Assembly: GCF_009834535.1 (NCBI RefSeq)
Contig: NC_045697.1
Location: 50,408,001 to 50,472,000 of the forward strand
From: Camelus ferus
Lineage: Eukaryota
Length of the DNA stretch: 64,000 bases
Direction: 5' to 3'
In this document: piece by piece, positions 48,391 to 62,280 of the stretch
Layout: every line of letters begins with the position of its first letter
Position numbering within the stretch: position 1 is the stretch's first letter
Notes under the pieces: model-generated
Databases searched by the model: none
What the model was told of the DNA's origin: nothing
The model's input: the letters and a program-made list of their open reading frames with translations, nothing else
Made by a program: the position numbers and the translations under genes

Positions 48391-49842
48391 GTGCACATTT
48401 ACGTAATAAGCTTGGAAAAATGGGAAGTTAAATGACTACTCATACTCTTCATTTTTAAGCAGTCTTCATGGTCTGTCAAAGGGGCACATGCTTATTTTAA
48501 ATGTGGCTGAAATTTTTGCCATTTATTCTAAACTTCTTAAATGCTATCCCTGGTCTTTCTTGTAAATCATATAACAAAATGGATATCTCTTTAGGTTTCT
48601 GATTTTCTGACTTGGAATGTTGTCCTAATCTAAGTAAGAATAACAAGATTTGGGGGTCTAATCTAAAATAAACATGAAGGTACACAGAGTATTGAAACTC
48701 TACAATGGTTGTAAAATAAGGACAATTGTCTCACATTAAAAAAAATTAATGATTAAAGGTAAACTCATAGTGATACATAATAAACTCACTCATGTTGGTG
48801 ACTCATGTGCCATTTATGCATATCTTCAAAAGCCCGATGAACTTTCACCCAGAAAGAACTTCTGCCTTTTACTTACTTCACCAGAGTCCACTGATTTCCT
48901 ATTAATCAAGATTTTAAAACAGCAACTGAGGTTTGCTTTAGAAGAAACAAAGACAATTTAGGAAGCCTCAGGCCAACATCCAGAATGCCAGAGGTGATTG
49001 AATGAACTTTGATTCAAAGCAAATAATGTTATAAATTCCACAGGTGATCTGGAATTCTCATTAGCTCCAGGTCTTCTTTATCAGCCAGAAAGCCATAAAG
49101 AGGGCAGAGGGAGCAAACTCATTCTCACATGCCAAGGCATGTTTAAGCTCAGCGTTTAGCATGCCAGGTAGCTGCCAGATACAAATCTTGCATATTAGGT
49201 CAGTCTTAACATATATCATTGTCATTATACTCATTAAACATTTTTGACTACAGTATTTAAAAAAAAATAAGGTAAGGTATGAATTTGCCTTCTAAGGCCG
49301 AAACCCAGAACCTAGAAACACGAGGCCATACATGGATTACTAAAGTGAGTATTTGATTGTCTTGTCTATTGATGAAGAAGGGTGCTTTAACTCACTTCCA
49401 TTAGATGCTGTAAATACCCAAGTAAACAGAGAAGAAAGGACTAAGTTTCGATAATGTGAACTCAGAGCACTCCTCAAGTGTGGAAGTGTCCAAGGCTTCA
49501 GGAAGGAACCAGAGATCTGTGGAAGGCTCTAATATTGCTGAAACAGTACAGTGGAGAGATTAAGGCATAGGCTTTGGAGTCAGTAGGATGGGGCTCAAGT
49601 CCTGGTATCCATCATTTGTACTGAGCCTCATCTCTGAATAATAAAATTACTTCAGAGAGATTTTAAAGGGTTAAATCCAATCATCAGATAATGCATGAGA
49701 GTTACTATTAACAACAAAAGATGACACTAGAATTAAAATGAAACTATTACAAAATTTAAACTTTCCAGGAAATTCAAAGCACTTGCAATGGTGGAAGATT
49801 GCTATGTTTAACATCATCCTTACTAGAAGTTAGCTTTGGACA

Positions 49843-51000
49843 GTTCATTTATTCATTCAGCATGTATTGATTGAGAGTCCACTGTGTTCTGCCAACAGCT
49901 GATGTGCAAAAAGAACACAAAGATCTTGTGAAATGCCACTTAGAACTTAGTGGAAATAGTGTTTTTAAAAATAAAAATCATACCAGCAAAAACTATGTGA
50001 ATTATGATCAATATGATGGAAGAAAATCATAGGATGCTATCAGAAAATACAACAAGAACTAACTTACATGGCAAAGTCAGGAAAGGCTTCTGAGAAAAAA
50101 TGGCAGTTCACCTAAGAGGTAAAGAATGAGTAGGATCTTGCCAAGACAAGGAGCAGTGGGGCAGTCCAGGTAGAGGGGGCAGCATGGATATAGCATTCAG
50201 TTTGGCAGAGTTTGTACTAAGAAAGAGCCAATTAGGCAAAGAGTGGTTGGGACTCAGATGAAGCTGGACCATGCAAAGCCTGGGCAGGAGTCTTTTATCC
50301 TGGACACAATAGGCTGCTGTTGAAGGGTTTTAAGCAGATGAATGATATAGTCTGATCACCCTGGCTTCCACCTGGAAGATAAACTAGAATGTGGCAATAT
50401 TGGAAGCAAGAAGACTAGTTTATTAGGGGAGTGTCTTAAAACATTGGAACATAAATTTACCTTTAGCACATTCTTTGTGTAGACAACTTTGCTGGAGCAT
50501 GAAAGCATGGGGTAAGTTAGGGTTTTACAAACTCACATTCCAGGTCCCCTTTAGACCACTTTAAAACATATATTTGCTAAGGGATTCACTAACAACTATG
50601 TATGTTGGCTCATCCACTTCCAACAAATTTTTATTAAGATTTCTCATGTGCCAGTTACCATCTTAGGCTCTGGGAAGAGGGCAGTGAACAAAACACACAA
50701 AGACATTGCTCTCATCAATCTTACATTCTAGTGGAGAGAGAACGTAAGTAAACAAATAAATACATAACACGATTAATACCTTTAAATAAAATAAATCCAA
50801 GTGAGAGGACAGAGAGTAAGGTAAGGTAGTAACAATTTAAGGTAGTCAGGGAAGATCCCTCAAATAAGATGATTTTTTTAGCACAAATGAAAAGCAGTCC
50901 ATTTAAAACCTAGAGAATGTTCATTTCAAAGGGAACATAGTAAGTGCAAAGATCCTGAGATAAGTGTTGCTTTTAAAATTTTCAAGCAATTGCCTAGAAT
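49843..51000 (-). mobile_element. Two L2 LINE fragments (about 49843-50420 and 50610-51000)
   Basis: ttcatttattcattcagcatgtattg, gtcaggaaaggcttc, gaagggttttaagcag; caacaaatttttattaag...atgtgccag...gcagtgaacaaaacac. Confidence 0.7.
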
Positions 51001-51021
51001 TTTGGCCAAAATTAATGATTC

Positions 51022-51108
51022 CATCATCACCACCACCACCACCACCATCCTCATTATCCTCATCACTGCCACCACTACCATCATCATCATCACCACCATC
51101 ATCATCAT
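51022..51108 (+). repeat. Imperfect (CAT/CAC)n trinucleotide repeat
   Basis: 29 triplets, mostly CAT or CAC. Confidence 0.9.
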
Positions 51109-54100
51109 AGTGTAACTTTGGGAAAGCTTCCTAGAGGCTTTATACAACAGGCCATTGATCAGCTCCATCAGAGACAGTTTTACATTAGGCAGAGCTTAGA
51201 GCTCAGCAAAAGTCTGAATGTTTAAGTACTCCCAGGTTTTATAACATTTTGGTTTTAAAAGTTAGGAAAAATAAATCATTTTAAGGCAAATATTTTTATT
51301 CTTCAGCATGAGTACGAATCAGTTGCGGTACTTGCCGCATATGCCACAAACAGCCCAGATGGTTTCTTGATGCAAGTGGTCCAGGGACTGTGCTTTGAAA
51401 AAATGCCGTTTGAATCCCTCTGAGTGATTGAGACCTCGCAACTCCTACAATTTGTAATCACTTTCACCATGTGCTTGAACTCATTCTGTGCTTGAACTCA
51501 ATAATGGGGGCCTAAAACATTGTTCCCCAAATGGCAAAAGTGACAAACAAGCCAAGAAGAACCAGCCTTAATGAAAAACCACTCACTATCTGAAAATTGA
51601 TGGAGAAGGGAAACCGATGAGTTCAAATTCATTGTCACTTGAAGTATGAGACTAATGACACAATAATTTTTCTTCTATGTAAATCACTTTTCTAATTGGC
51701 TTCAATGGCAAATCTTTTTCTACTAATGTAACTTGGTGGGGGGGATCTTCAAATAGACGCTATTTACAAAATATTTGTGATAGCTAAGGAATAATGTTAT
51801 GGTTTATAAGATGTATCAAACACGATTTACATAAGCATTGTTTATTTTGTATTAGAGTATACAAATATACTTGGCCTTTAAATAATTCTTCACAATATTT
51901 TAATACCCCAATGAGGTAATAATAACTCTTAATGAACTGAAAATTGTCAGAAGTGCCAATTAATAGAGAATTCTGCTTAATAAAATTCTGGATAATAGAA
52001 AATTGATTTAACTATATATCTTCCTTTAAATATTAATATTTGCAGCACAGAAATGTGCTTTCAATAAAATATCTCTTGCCTTTATGTCAAGTATCAGTTG
52101 ACATTTTCATCTCACTTAATTACTTGGTAGTAACCAGCTTCTTCTACACCAGCTTCATGCCAAAAGATTATATCAGTTATATCAGTATATAGTCAGTTTC
52201 CAGTCTTTAAAAGTAGCCACTGGATCATCACTCTCTTCTGCCTTAGAAAAGGAAAGTGATCCCTAATATGGGTCAGCTGTTTGGATATGTAGGGTTTTTT
52301 TCCTTCCTTGGTAATTAGCTCTTTTATTACTTCATTTCAAAAGATTAATAAGGGACTGGGAGACAGGTACTGTTTTTGAAAGCATATACCTGAGATTAGC
52401 ACTTATAGTAAACACAACAAGGGATATTAACAAAGAAAACACTAATGTTAGACGAGACTCTAAGATTCTGACCTGCAGATGAATTGCCACTCTCTGTGCG
52501 AATTTTTTTCAAGGTGCTCTTTAAAATAATTATGGTTATTATGATAAATAATTTTAGTTGGAAGTTGAACTTGAAAGTAGACTACTATTTTTCCTTCTGT
52601 GTTTATCACTTTTATATTTGGACTCAAAACTCAAATAACTCTTCTCCCCAACCTCACCTCTACGCTCAAGGTCCCAGTATCATGGTCTTTCTTTAGTCAG
52701 TTGTTTGCACTAAATACTACCTTGGCTCCAAGTTAAGCTCAGGGTTTTTGTGTTTTTGTTTTTTAACAGAATTCCTGCCATTGCTCCATTAGGCCTTCCA
52801 GCATTCCTAAAAGACATTGGATTATAAATCCAAAGACCCTGAATTCTAAAATTCAAAGCAGAATTTTAATAGCTGAAGGCAAATTTATTTGGGGCCAAAC
52901 TTTATCCACCCCATCCTGCACTCTAGGTGTTAGTTAATCAGGTGTAAATTTCTACTCTGAGTAAAAGAGAGCTTTTATGACTTTTCTTCATTTCTCCTCT
53001 CCCTTCCCAAAGGCAGTTTTGGAATCCAAAGGGCCAGTGAGACTGATTATCAAATCCCCTGTCTTCAGATCATGTATAGTCCCCACCCTTTGATGATGGT
53101 GATGCCATTTCCCTTGAAAGGGAAGTACAGAACTTAGTCTTTGATGAAGAGTTATAAACTAGTATCTGACTCCAGAGCTGTCTGGGATAGGGGCTCTTTA
53201 TTATCAGCAGGCTTTTGGAGGCTTCCTTAATCCCTTCTTCAATTTCACACAACCTAAGGAAAAGCCACCTTATTCTCCTCGGTGCTTTCAATTGGATCAT
53301 TACACGTGCATACCTTTAACTTTATTTTAATTGGATATTAAATGCTTTTATGCCAAGAATTCTCCTTGGCACATATATCTGTTTTATACACTGCAGGTGT
53401 AAATCACCAGCTCAAATAGAAGCCTCGGGTATAGTCCATCCAGTGGGGAAATTAAACATAGATTAGTTGGTAACTGGAAGCATCTGCATCATCTGTTAAG
53501 ATTTCAGGTTTCTGTTCTAAGCATTGCTAATACATTTTTTTTGGTTGTACTCTTCAAGACCCCTGTGTGAGGAAGCTCAGAGTAATAGGACGTTGTTCAT
53601 TTAAAGTGACAGAAGGATTGCAAGGATTCCAGAAAGGCTGATTCTTGACTGTAAGCAAAGGAAAAGGCATGTGTCTCTGGGTTGTTGGCTTGTGCCAGTT
53701 GGGAGCTCTGCTGTGGCCTGTCAGTATCGATGCCAGACATACAGATTAGTCCTGGAAGTTGAAATCTTAGTATTTCATTCATTCCCTGGGGTGTAAGCAC
53801 CGTGAAAATAGGAGCTGCGACATAAGTTTCACAGTGTCTGGAAGCCCCAGAGAATGGAGACACAGAAGTGCTGATTAGTATTCATCAAAGCAAATGGAAT
53901 TATCCAATCATTTATTCAAGAGAACTTTATTGAATACTTACCAAGTAAAAACATTTATTGAACAGTTGTGTGGAATACTAAGATAAGTAAGACATGGAAG
54001 TGAACTTTAAGGAACATTTAGTTTATTAGAGGAGCTAAGTATGAGTTAAAATAACTGATAATGCAAAGTAGAAAACTATAGGCAATATTAGACAGATATT

Positions 54101-54339
54101 AGCTTTGTATTTTTAAGTTATTTTAAAAATATTTTCATACCAACTTAAAATGATTCAATGCTTTGAGGAACACTCTGAAATGTACTGCATGCTAAATAAA
54201 TGTGAAAAATTATTATAGTTATAAATGGCTCTGTTCTTTACAAAGAAATTAAATGGTGGCACCACTGTTTTTAGAAGGCTTCTTCTTCATAGATTTCTAC
54301 ACATCTCTAACAGAAGATGCAGGCAATTTATAAGATCAT

Positions 54340-54680
54340 CATCTTGGCCTGGTTGCACATTAGAATCACCTTTGGGGTTCTCAAACTCCCAATGTTCAGG
54401 CACAGCCCAGACCAACTAAGTCTGAATCTCTGGGGGTGGGACACCAAGTGATCCCATTGGTTGAAACCATTCTTCTTAATCTTATGTCACATGTAAGCAA
54501 ATACCACAAGGAGCTTCTATGAACCAAGCCATAAATTTATGAGATTCTGATGAATTTGTCTGGAGTAGGACCTGGGCATAGATACTGAAAACAAACAAAC
54601 AAATAAAAATTTAAAAAACAAAACCAAAACCTCAAGTTCTTTAGTAATGTGCAGCCGGGATTGATAAACTCAGAGTTAGG
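54340..54680. mobile_element. MER5A/B-like DNA transposon remnants
   Basis: tgcacattagaatcacct...cccagaccaactaagtctgaatctctgggggtgggac; gagattctgatgaatttgtctggagtaggacctgggcat. Confidence 0.65.
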
Positions 54681-57269
54681 GAATAATAAAAAATTATATC
54701 TAATTGTGGGAAAAATATGTTTCGTCACTGGCTATTGTCACTGGTCATCTGTAATAACTAAGTAATATCCAGTTGAAGAGACTACTCTGTTTAACTAGTT
54801 TTTCCCAGTTGTAAGTGATTATGAGGATGACCAGAAAGGCTTTCTATCCCTGAACCTATGACAGGTTGGGCCTGGGCAGGCAAGAAGACTGTTCTGAAAT
54901 TCTTGGCCCTGTGAGCTGGTGTGGTCACTCTTAGTCATTACTCTTTGATGGAAAAGGCCTGGGCATGAATCGCGTGCAAGACTGTGTGTTCATTTCAACA
55001 CAGATGTCACCACCTATGCAAACCACCATCTGGGAAGGAAATGCATTTGCCCCTTGCACATCTTACATGGATAAAATAAGACATTATGTTGTGTCAACCA
55101 TCCTTTGTTTGCAAATACTTCTGCTGAATAACCCATGATGCAGTTTGGAAATTTCTTGAATTATCAGTTTCTCAGAACCATTGCTATAAATGGGTATTTC
55201 TGCTGTGTTACAGCAGCTTTTTTTAATAAAAAGAAAGAATTGCAAAATTGAAAGTTTATTGAAAAACTCAGATACCTTCCATCAAAGGCAAAATTATCAA
55301 CCTTAATTTCAAAGCATAAATGATAGTATGTTGCTTTTACTGTCTTCAAAGAGTCTATGTGATTTAAATACTGAAAAATAGAGGGGTGAATGCAAGGTGA
55401 AGGAAAAGGTGGAATAATTACAGGAAGACTAATGACTATAAATGATGTCAGCAAGAATTCTAGTGCTTTTGGAGAAAAGAATTGACTCATATTTCAACAT
55501 TTAATTCATTTTATTTAGATCACTTAATATAAAATTTTCTTTATGCCTTCAAATAGTTTCACATTTCTGTTCAAATGAATCACATGAATTATAGCCTAGA
55601 GCAGTTTATTTTGCTAGATTTTTTTTTTTAAGTTCAGCTCCACCTGGACAAAGTCTGACAAGTTAGTGTGGATTCATGACTGCAAAGAGAGAGCAAGTTT
55701 GATGAAAAATGGAGTCCAAAACAGAATGACATTCACTGGTGATTTTGTTCAACTCTCTTGCATATCCTCTAACTGTTCATGGCCTCAAGTACAACTCTAC
55801 TGTTACCCTGGCAGTGACACATTCCAAATCAGACTGAGGAAATGAAAGACACACTTATTGGGTCAGCTCCTCATGGTTAGCCTTGGCTTCTGCTGAGAAT
55901 AGTCCTTCTGTCAGTACAAGGGACAGTGACAAGCATGTACTGAATATCCATTGAATATGTTATCCCTTGTAATTCTCACCACTCTCCTAGAAGTTAAGGG
56001 AGATAATTGTACTAATTTTAAAGTGTAGAAAACAAAAATGATTTGAAATAACTAATATTCCTGTTTTTAAATTTTTCCATCACATTAATTGTTATAGATG
56101 TAAATACATAATTTGGAGAAAAAACTCTACAGCTGTATTTTAGACTATTCATTTGTCCTCAGGTGACTCCATACCAATTAAACTACTTGGCAGCTAAATG
56201 AATTACAGGCATTGAAAAAAAATTGCAGGCATAGGAAAAATGAAAATCTGTGAAATACTAGACTCTCAAATACAAACCTAAAATGTAAAGTATTTTAGGA
56301 TACTTGGATAAAGAGAAGACAAAAGCTTGGTCATGTATTCTACTATCAGAAACTTGGAAAATCTACCTTGCCTGTTGATAACCCTCTTCTTTCCTTTTCT
56401 TTTTAAATGAATTTTTTTCTCTTCTTTCCACAGGTTGGCACAAGTTAGGGCCCTGTTGGTTGTCTGAGCTGACAACCCAAAGCCCTTCATTTGGAGCATG
56501 TCTGGGAGCCTGAGAGGGGAATAAAGAGATTTAAAGTCAGCTTCCTTGTTATAGATTTGAGCAGTGGCTCCTGTAAAAATGTGTTGGGTGAGGCAGGACA
56601 CTTGATGGTGTGTGTCACTGTTCTTAGGACAGTCCCTAATCTTTAATATGGCCTTAAGACCCTACCTAACCTGCCCCCTTCACTAGTCCCATCTCCCACC
56701 ATCCACCTCCTCTCTGTCTAGATGCAGGCATCTGTCTGGGGCTTCAAATGTGACATGTTCTCTCCCATCTCAGTCTTTGCTCAAACGCCTTCTATTTGGA
56801 CAGGAAACTGCTCTCCTCACTCCTTCCCTTCACTCCTTAACTAGAATGTGCTCAGGCTCAGTTTAAACATTTCCTCCTCAGGGATTCTTCCCTGATTCTC
56901 CCAGAGTTGACGTCCTTCTGTTATATATCTTCATAGCACTCTCTGGCTCCTCTTCTGTGGAAATTTGAATGTAATGAGTATCAGAGGATAGTATATCAAT
57001 GTTAAATTTCCTGACTTCGGTAGCTTGACTGTGGTGATGTAAGAGAATATCCTTATTATTAGGAAATAAATACCTATGTATTTAGAGGCAGAATTCCAGA
57101 TAGCTGGAGCTTCTCTCAAATTGTGCAGAGAGTGAAGGAAGGAATGATGGAGGAAGTGGAATGAAAAGCTCATAGATTAACTCATGACTGAGTAATTTGC
57201 TAATGTCTTTTTTTGGTATTAAAATGTATCTTTTATTTTATCATCTGGGACTTAAAAAATAATTCCTTA

Positions 57270-57740
57270 GAGTTGTATCAAAAGCAAAATTTATATAGGC
57301 TTAACTTTGTCCCTCTAATTTTATTTTTGGGTGTTTATTCTAGGAAATAATCATGGAGAGGCACAATGGTGGTTTTACAGGGATATTCATCAAAATTTGT
57401 ATACAAGTTTGGAAAATTAGAAACAATTTACACATCCAATAATATACCTTTGGTTTGAGATTATGCAGTCATTAAAATGCTATTGAATAATATTTAATGG
57501 CATGTATAACTGTCATTGTTAAGGGTTAAAAACAAGAAGCAAAATAGTACACCCAGAATTTCTCCGGTTCTATGTGTATAAATATGGTCCCAAACCCATA
57601 CATATGAAAGGTCACAAAACTATAAATCAAGATGTGATAATTGTAAGGAATGGGGAAAGGGGTAACTTTAAAGTTATTTTTACTTGATAGTACTTTAAAA
57701 TTTTGCTAAAAACAGACATATTATTCTGTAATTAAAAACT
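57270..57740 (+). mobile_element. Ancient L1 (L1ME-like) 3' fragment
   Basis: ggatattcatcaaaatt...gaaaattagaaacaa...tatgcagtcattaaaa. Confidence 0.5.
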
Positions 57741-57961
57741 AATTATAAAACTAAATGATTTGCTGCAAATCTAGAGCCCATCTTAAAAAAGAGGCATACA
57801 TAGCCTTAAATTTTAATGAAATTCTGTTCTTATTACACACATACACACCTAGTACATACTATAACTTCTTCCCAATGACACAAGATCTTGCTGCTGAAGT
57901 TGGTGGGTGACATTTACAACGTGACCTCCAAACTCTTCCTTTAGTGGAATATATACCCAGG

Positions 57962-58363
57962 TGTTGGAGGAGGCCATCAAAAGGACATGGTCACTGGTTG
58001 ACCCTCAAGCTTGACCAGGGCAATTGGCGGCTCCTCCTCCCCTCCCATGTCCTTGGAATGTGTTTTCTGCCCACCAATCCCACTGTGAGAGCCATTTGTA
58101 AGGATACAGCCTTGAGAAAACAACGTGTTATTGAGACCATCTGCAAGGTATATGTAACTGAACCCTTTTCAGGCCTCTATATAAAGCTTTAAGAATCTGG
58201 TGGGTGGTATTGGAGATTTACCCATCTTACTGCTTCCCAAGACAAGCCTCATATGCAAATTCCCTTGCTTATTAATTCTGCCAGCTACCAATCTGGAGTG
58301 GTCTGCCACTTTCTTTGGTATCTCCTTGCCCTCCCTGTATGGGGGCCAGTTTGTAACTCAACA
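57962..58363 (+). mobile_element. Intact solo LTR with perfect 5-bp TSD
   Basis: CCAGG|TGTTG...CAACA|CCAGG; internal TATATAAA at 58178-58185. Confidence 0.88.
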
Positions 58364-59111
58364 CCAGGAAATCCTTTTACCATCGTAGTAAACAGATCTA
58401 TGGCTGCTATAAAGGGCTATGGCCTGTTGGATTTGTTTCCTGGTGAAAGTAGCAAGCCTGAGACTAAATGCTGCCCATCCACATAAGAAAATACAATATG
58501 ATTTATTAAAATCTGTTTTAAAAAGGCACACTTATTTTATAATAAAACTTGCATTTTCTCAATGTCAAGGACTCTTGAAGGAATTCAGTTCTCTTGTGAT
58601 TCGATTTCCAAGGTTAGTTTCTTACATGTTTTTTAGGACCTAAATTTCAGATAGTATAGGCCTGGATTTAGAAACTATTTCTGTGATTTTTAAAAAATCT
58701 TTTATTTGTCATTCAACTCTGGATGTATTTATTTGTAGTTTTATATGCATATTGCTATTAAAAAAACTGTATTTCATGTGTGTGTGGGAGATACCTAAGG
58801 AGGTAGACACTATGTCCGTACAGTCTTGGTTTGGGGCTTTTTTACAATCTAGATTGATCCTAATGAGGTGCTTCGTTAGCGCAGCAGGTAGCACATCAGT
58901 CTCATAGATTGATCCCAATGAGGAATCATTACTTATGTTACCATATTAGTAATAAACATTGAATCTTGTACTAAGTGCCACAGAATGACAAATGGCCAGA
59001 AAACATATATTCAGCATATAAACTACTGAAGATTGGGTTCCAAGCTATGGACTAGTGCAATGGGGGCTACTGAATGTTGGGGACTTGAAACACAAATTAA
59101 AAGCAGACATA

Positions 59112-59507
59112 TCTCTTCTTTTTTATATTCTTTTTCATTATAGGGTATTACAAGCTATTGAATATAGTTCCCCGTGCTATACAGTGGGACCCTGCTGTTT
59201 ATCTAGTCTATGTATAGTAGTTTGTATCTGCCAATCCCAGACTCTTAATTTATCCCTCCCCACCCCACTTCCTTTCCCCTCTGGTAACCATAGGTTTGTT
59301 TTCTAGATCTGTGAGTTTGTCTCTATTTTGTAAATAAGTTCATTTGTGTCATTTTTTTGGATTCCACATATAAGTGATATCATATGATATTTGCCTTTTT
59401 CTGTCTGACTTATTTAGTATAATAACCCCTATAATTGAATCACTATGCTGTACACTAGAAATTAACACAACTTGTAAATCAACTATACTTCAATTTTAAA
59501 AAATGTA
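59112..59507. mobile_element. L1 3'UTR insertion with 5' inversion
   Basis: Antisense L1 3'UTR at 59112-59430 joined to the sense terminus at 59431-59507; degenerate TSD aaaagcagacata and aaaggcagaaaca. Confidence 0.85.
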
Positions 59508-60099
59508 AAAGGCAGAAACAATGCTATAATGTGGCACTTTATTTCAACTACAAGCCCTTATTAAGTTTCCCAGTCTTGTTACGTCAAAGAGAGCAGATTG
59601 TTACCTCTGAGACGTCAGCTATGATTGTATCCATTAACCTGAAATCGCCTACTCATGATTTGTGAGTTATACAACACAACCAACAGATCAGGAGCCATCA
59701 CATGCATTGGAGGGGGAATATATTCTCAGTACAGCTGAGTGTATGCTCTTCAGTTAAGCTTTCTGGTTGGTAGTCCAACCCATGTTTTATAAAGAGGCCC
59801 TACCCAGTGATAAGGGGCTTATTTATATTTCCACAGCCAGATTCTCCTACTATAATCTAGACTGCATCTTATGTAAGCACATGACTCACAGGCATTGGTC
59901 CCTTTCCTGAAACTCGGGATGAGAGCCAACTCTCAGTTACCTGTGCTATGAGTGCCAGAGGCGACTGGAAGAACTGAAACCCATTGGTGATCCCCAACTT
60001 TCATTTCATACCAATAATTTTAAGCTCCTCCCTGATGCCAACTGTAACTATTGATTCTCATGATTACAGAAGAGGCCAAAGAGGAAAGCATAGGATCTG

Positions 60100-61325
60100 G
60101 TAAATAAAAAAATTTATATGATTATTGAACACTTGAGAGCTTGTCATTTCCATTCTCTTTCACAGTCAAGATCCTAGATAAGGATTCTCTCCCAGCAGCC
60201 ACCACCAACTCCTTTCATCTAGAGCAATCTAACTTCCACCTTCATCATCCACTAAAAATACTCTTTCAAATTTCATGACATTCAGAAGTCCAAACCAGTG
60301 GCATTTTCCCTCTTCTTCAGTTTTTTTTTTTTCCCTGTTTCTTGTATACTAGACAGTGTTGACTACTGCTTCAAATCTTCAATTTTTTTCATCTTGACTT
60401 TCATACCACTATATTCTCCCAGTTACTCTCCTGGTTATAACCATGAGCAAGTCCTGTTGCTATAAGGTACATTCTAAGTACAGCCCAAGTTCAACCATTC
60501 CACTACTATCATCTTTGTCCTAGCCATGTTACAATTTAAGTGCATAATTAAAATAACCCCCTACCTTGTCTTCTAGGCTTGCCTTGCCCCTCTTTTAGTC
60601 TGTTTTCCCCAGAGCAAATAGACTGGCCTTTTGGAAATACAAATTTTATCATCACCCTATACCCAACCCTCTGATTACTTGTTACATTTGTAACAGAAAG
60701 TTAACACCTTACCAAAGCCTATACCTCCTCAATTTTCTACCCTCTCTGGCTTCTCTGACTTCTCTTGCCACTGTTCACTGAGCATGCTCCAGCCATGCTG
60801 ATCTTTCTGTCTTTTGAACATTAGAGTCCTTGTATTTCCTGCTCCAGGTCAAAAAGACTTTGGCTCCACAAGTTCATGTAGTAGAGTTTGCCCCATCTCT
60901 CTACATCTCTTCTCATATATTACCTCCACAGAGATGCCTCCCTGGCCTCCCCGGCTAAAGCAGCCCTGAAACTGGAGTATATCATGCCTTACTTATTACT
61001 TAGTTTATCAATTCCCATGAGAACTTGGGCAAGTTACTCTCTGCTTCTGTTTCCTCACCTGAGAAATGAGTCTTATAAAAGTATCTATATAGCTCATAGG
61101 GCTGTTACAAGGATTTAACAAGTTATTGCATTTTAAAAGTTTCACAGTAAATAGCCCTGGATAAGTGTTTGATATTGTTATTATTAGTAGTATATATTTA
61201 CTTCCTTTCTTTTCCCACTAGAAATACAAATTCCAGGCATTATCTGTCTCAACAATCACTTGTTATCGGCATGTAGAACAGTGAGACACATACTAAGACT
61301 TCAGTGAGTAATTGTTGAATGAATG
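60100..61325 (+). mobile_element. L2 LINE fragments with a nested MIR (about 61015-61180)
   Basis: Pyrimidine-rich L2 body, ctccagccatgctg, terminus ttgttgaatgaatgagtgaa. Confidence 0.6.
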
Positions 61326-62142
61326 AGTGAAATAGTGAAGTGTCTCTTTTGCCTTCATAGGCTCCTTTTCTTTTTGCCAATTCCTTAAGTGAAGACACTT
61401 CCTTGGAGTCAATCATTGGCTTTCTTGGCATTGTTCCTCTACCCTCACTCCTTTGAAGTGTTTAACCTGAAACGTTTCTCTGGTATCAGGTGTAGTCCCT
61501 GTGATGGGAGTTCCCACCATTAAATTTTTAGCTCATACCACACCCTCAAGTTCCACACCAAGGAGGCAGCTCTAAGTAGATGGAAATTTGGGGCTTGTGA
61601 GACCTGAAATAATATATGAGTTCTGTGACTTTACTTGCTTTGTGACTCAGAGCAAACCACAACCTTTTAGGAACTATATTCTCTTGTAGGTAATATAATT
61701 CTTCATCTCAACCTTCCATCTCTGAGAATGCATTTAAACAAAGAATTAATAGATGTAAAAGTGTTTTGTAAACTGTAAAATAGTACATATAATTTTGAGG
61801 TATTGTCAAATACCTTGAACATGCTATTTCTACAAATACACTGCTCTTATATTCAACATATTTAAACTAAATTAATTTCCTTTTTCCCCAAACGGAATTC
61901 TTTCTCACTTCACTTTCTCTTATTTCTCATATCCAGTCACTAAACACTTGGGTTCTCCCATTGTGATGTGTCTAAAATTTTCCTCCTGCTCGCTGTTCTC
62001 CCAGACATAACCTTAGTCAAAGCTTTCTTCAGTTTACATCTAGGTCATTACAACACTCCACCAGCTGCTCTCTCTGACTCTGGTCTTTTTCTCTCAATCA
62101 GTCTTCTCAAATAATCTCATTTCAATTTTCCTCAAACACCAG

Positions 62143-62280
62143 TTATATTCAATTTACATTACTGCTGTAACAAATTACCACAAACCTAGTGGCCTAACCA
62201 ATAGAATGCATTACCTTACAGTCCTGTAGATCGGAAGTTTGACAGAGGCTTCCCTGGGCTAAAATCAAGGTGTTGGCACT
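62143..62280 (-). mobile_element. MaLR (MLT1-like) LTR 3' fragment
   Basis: ctgctgtaacaaattaccacaaacctagtggc...gggctaaaatcaaggtgttggca. Confidence 0.75.

Noticed and set aside
51022..51108. Poly-histidine peptide, or the poly-Met/Val ORF on the minus strand
   Set aside because: Trinucleotide microsatellite; the His frame has a TGA two codons upstream and no start or splice context
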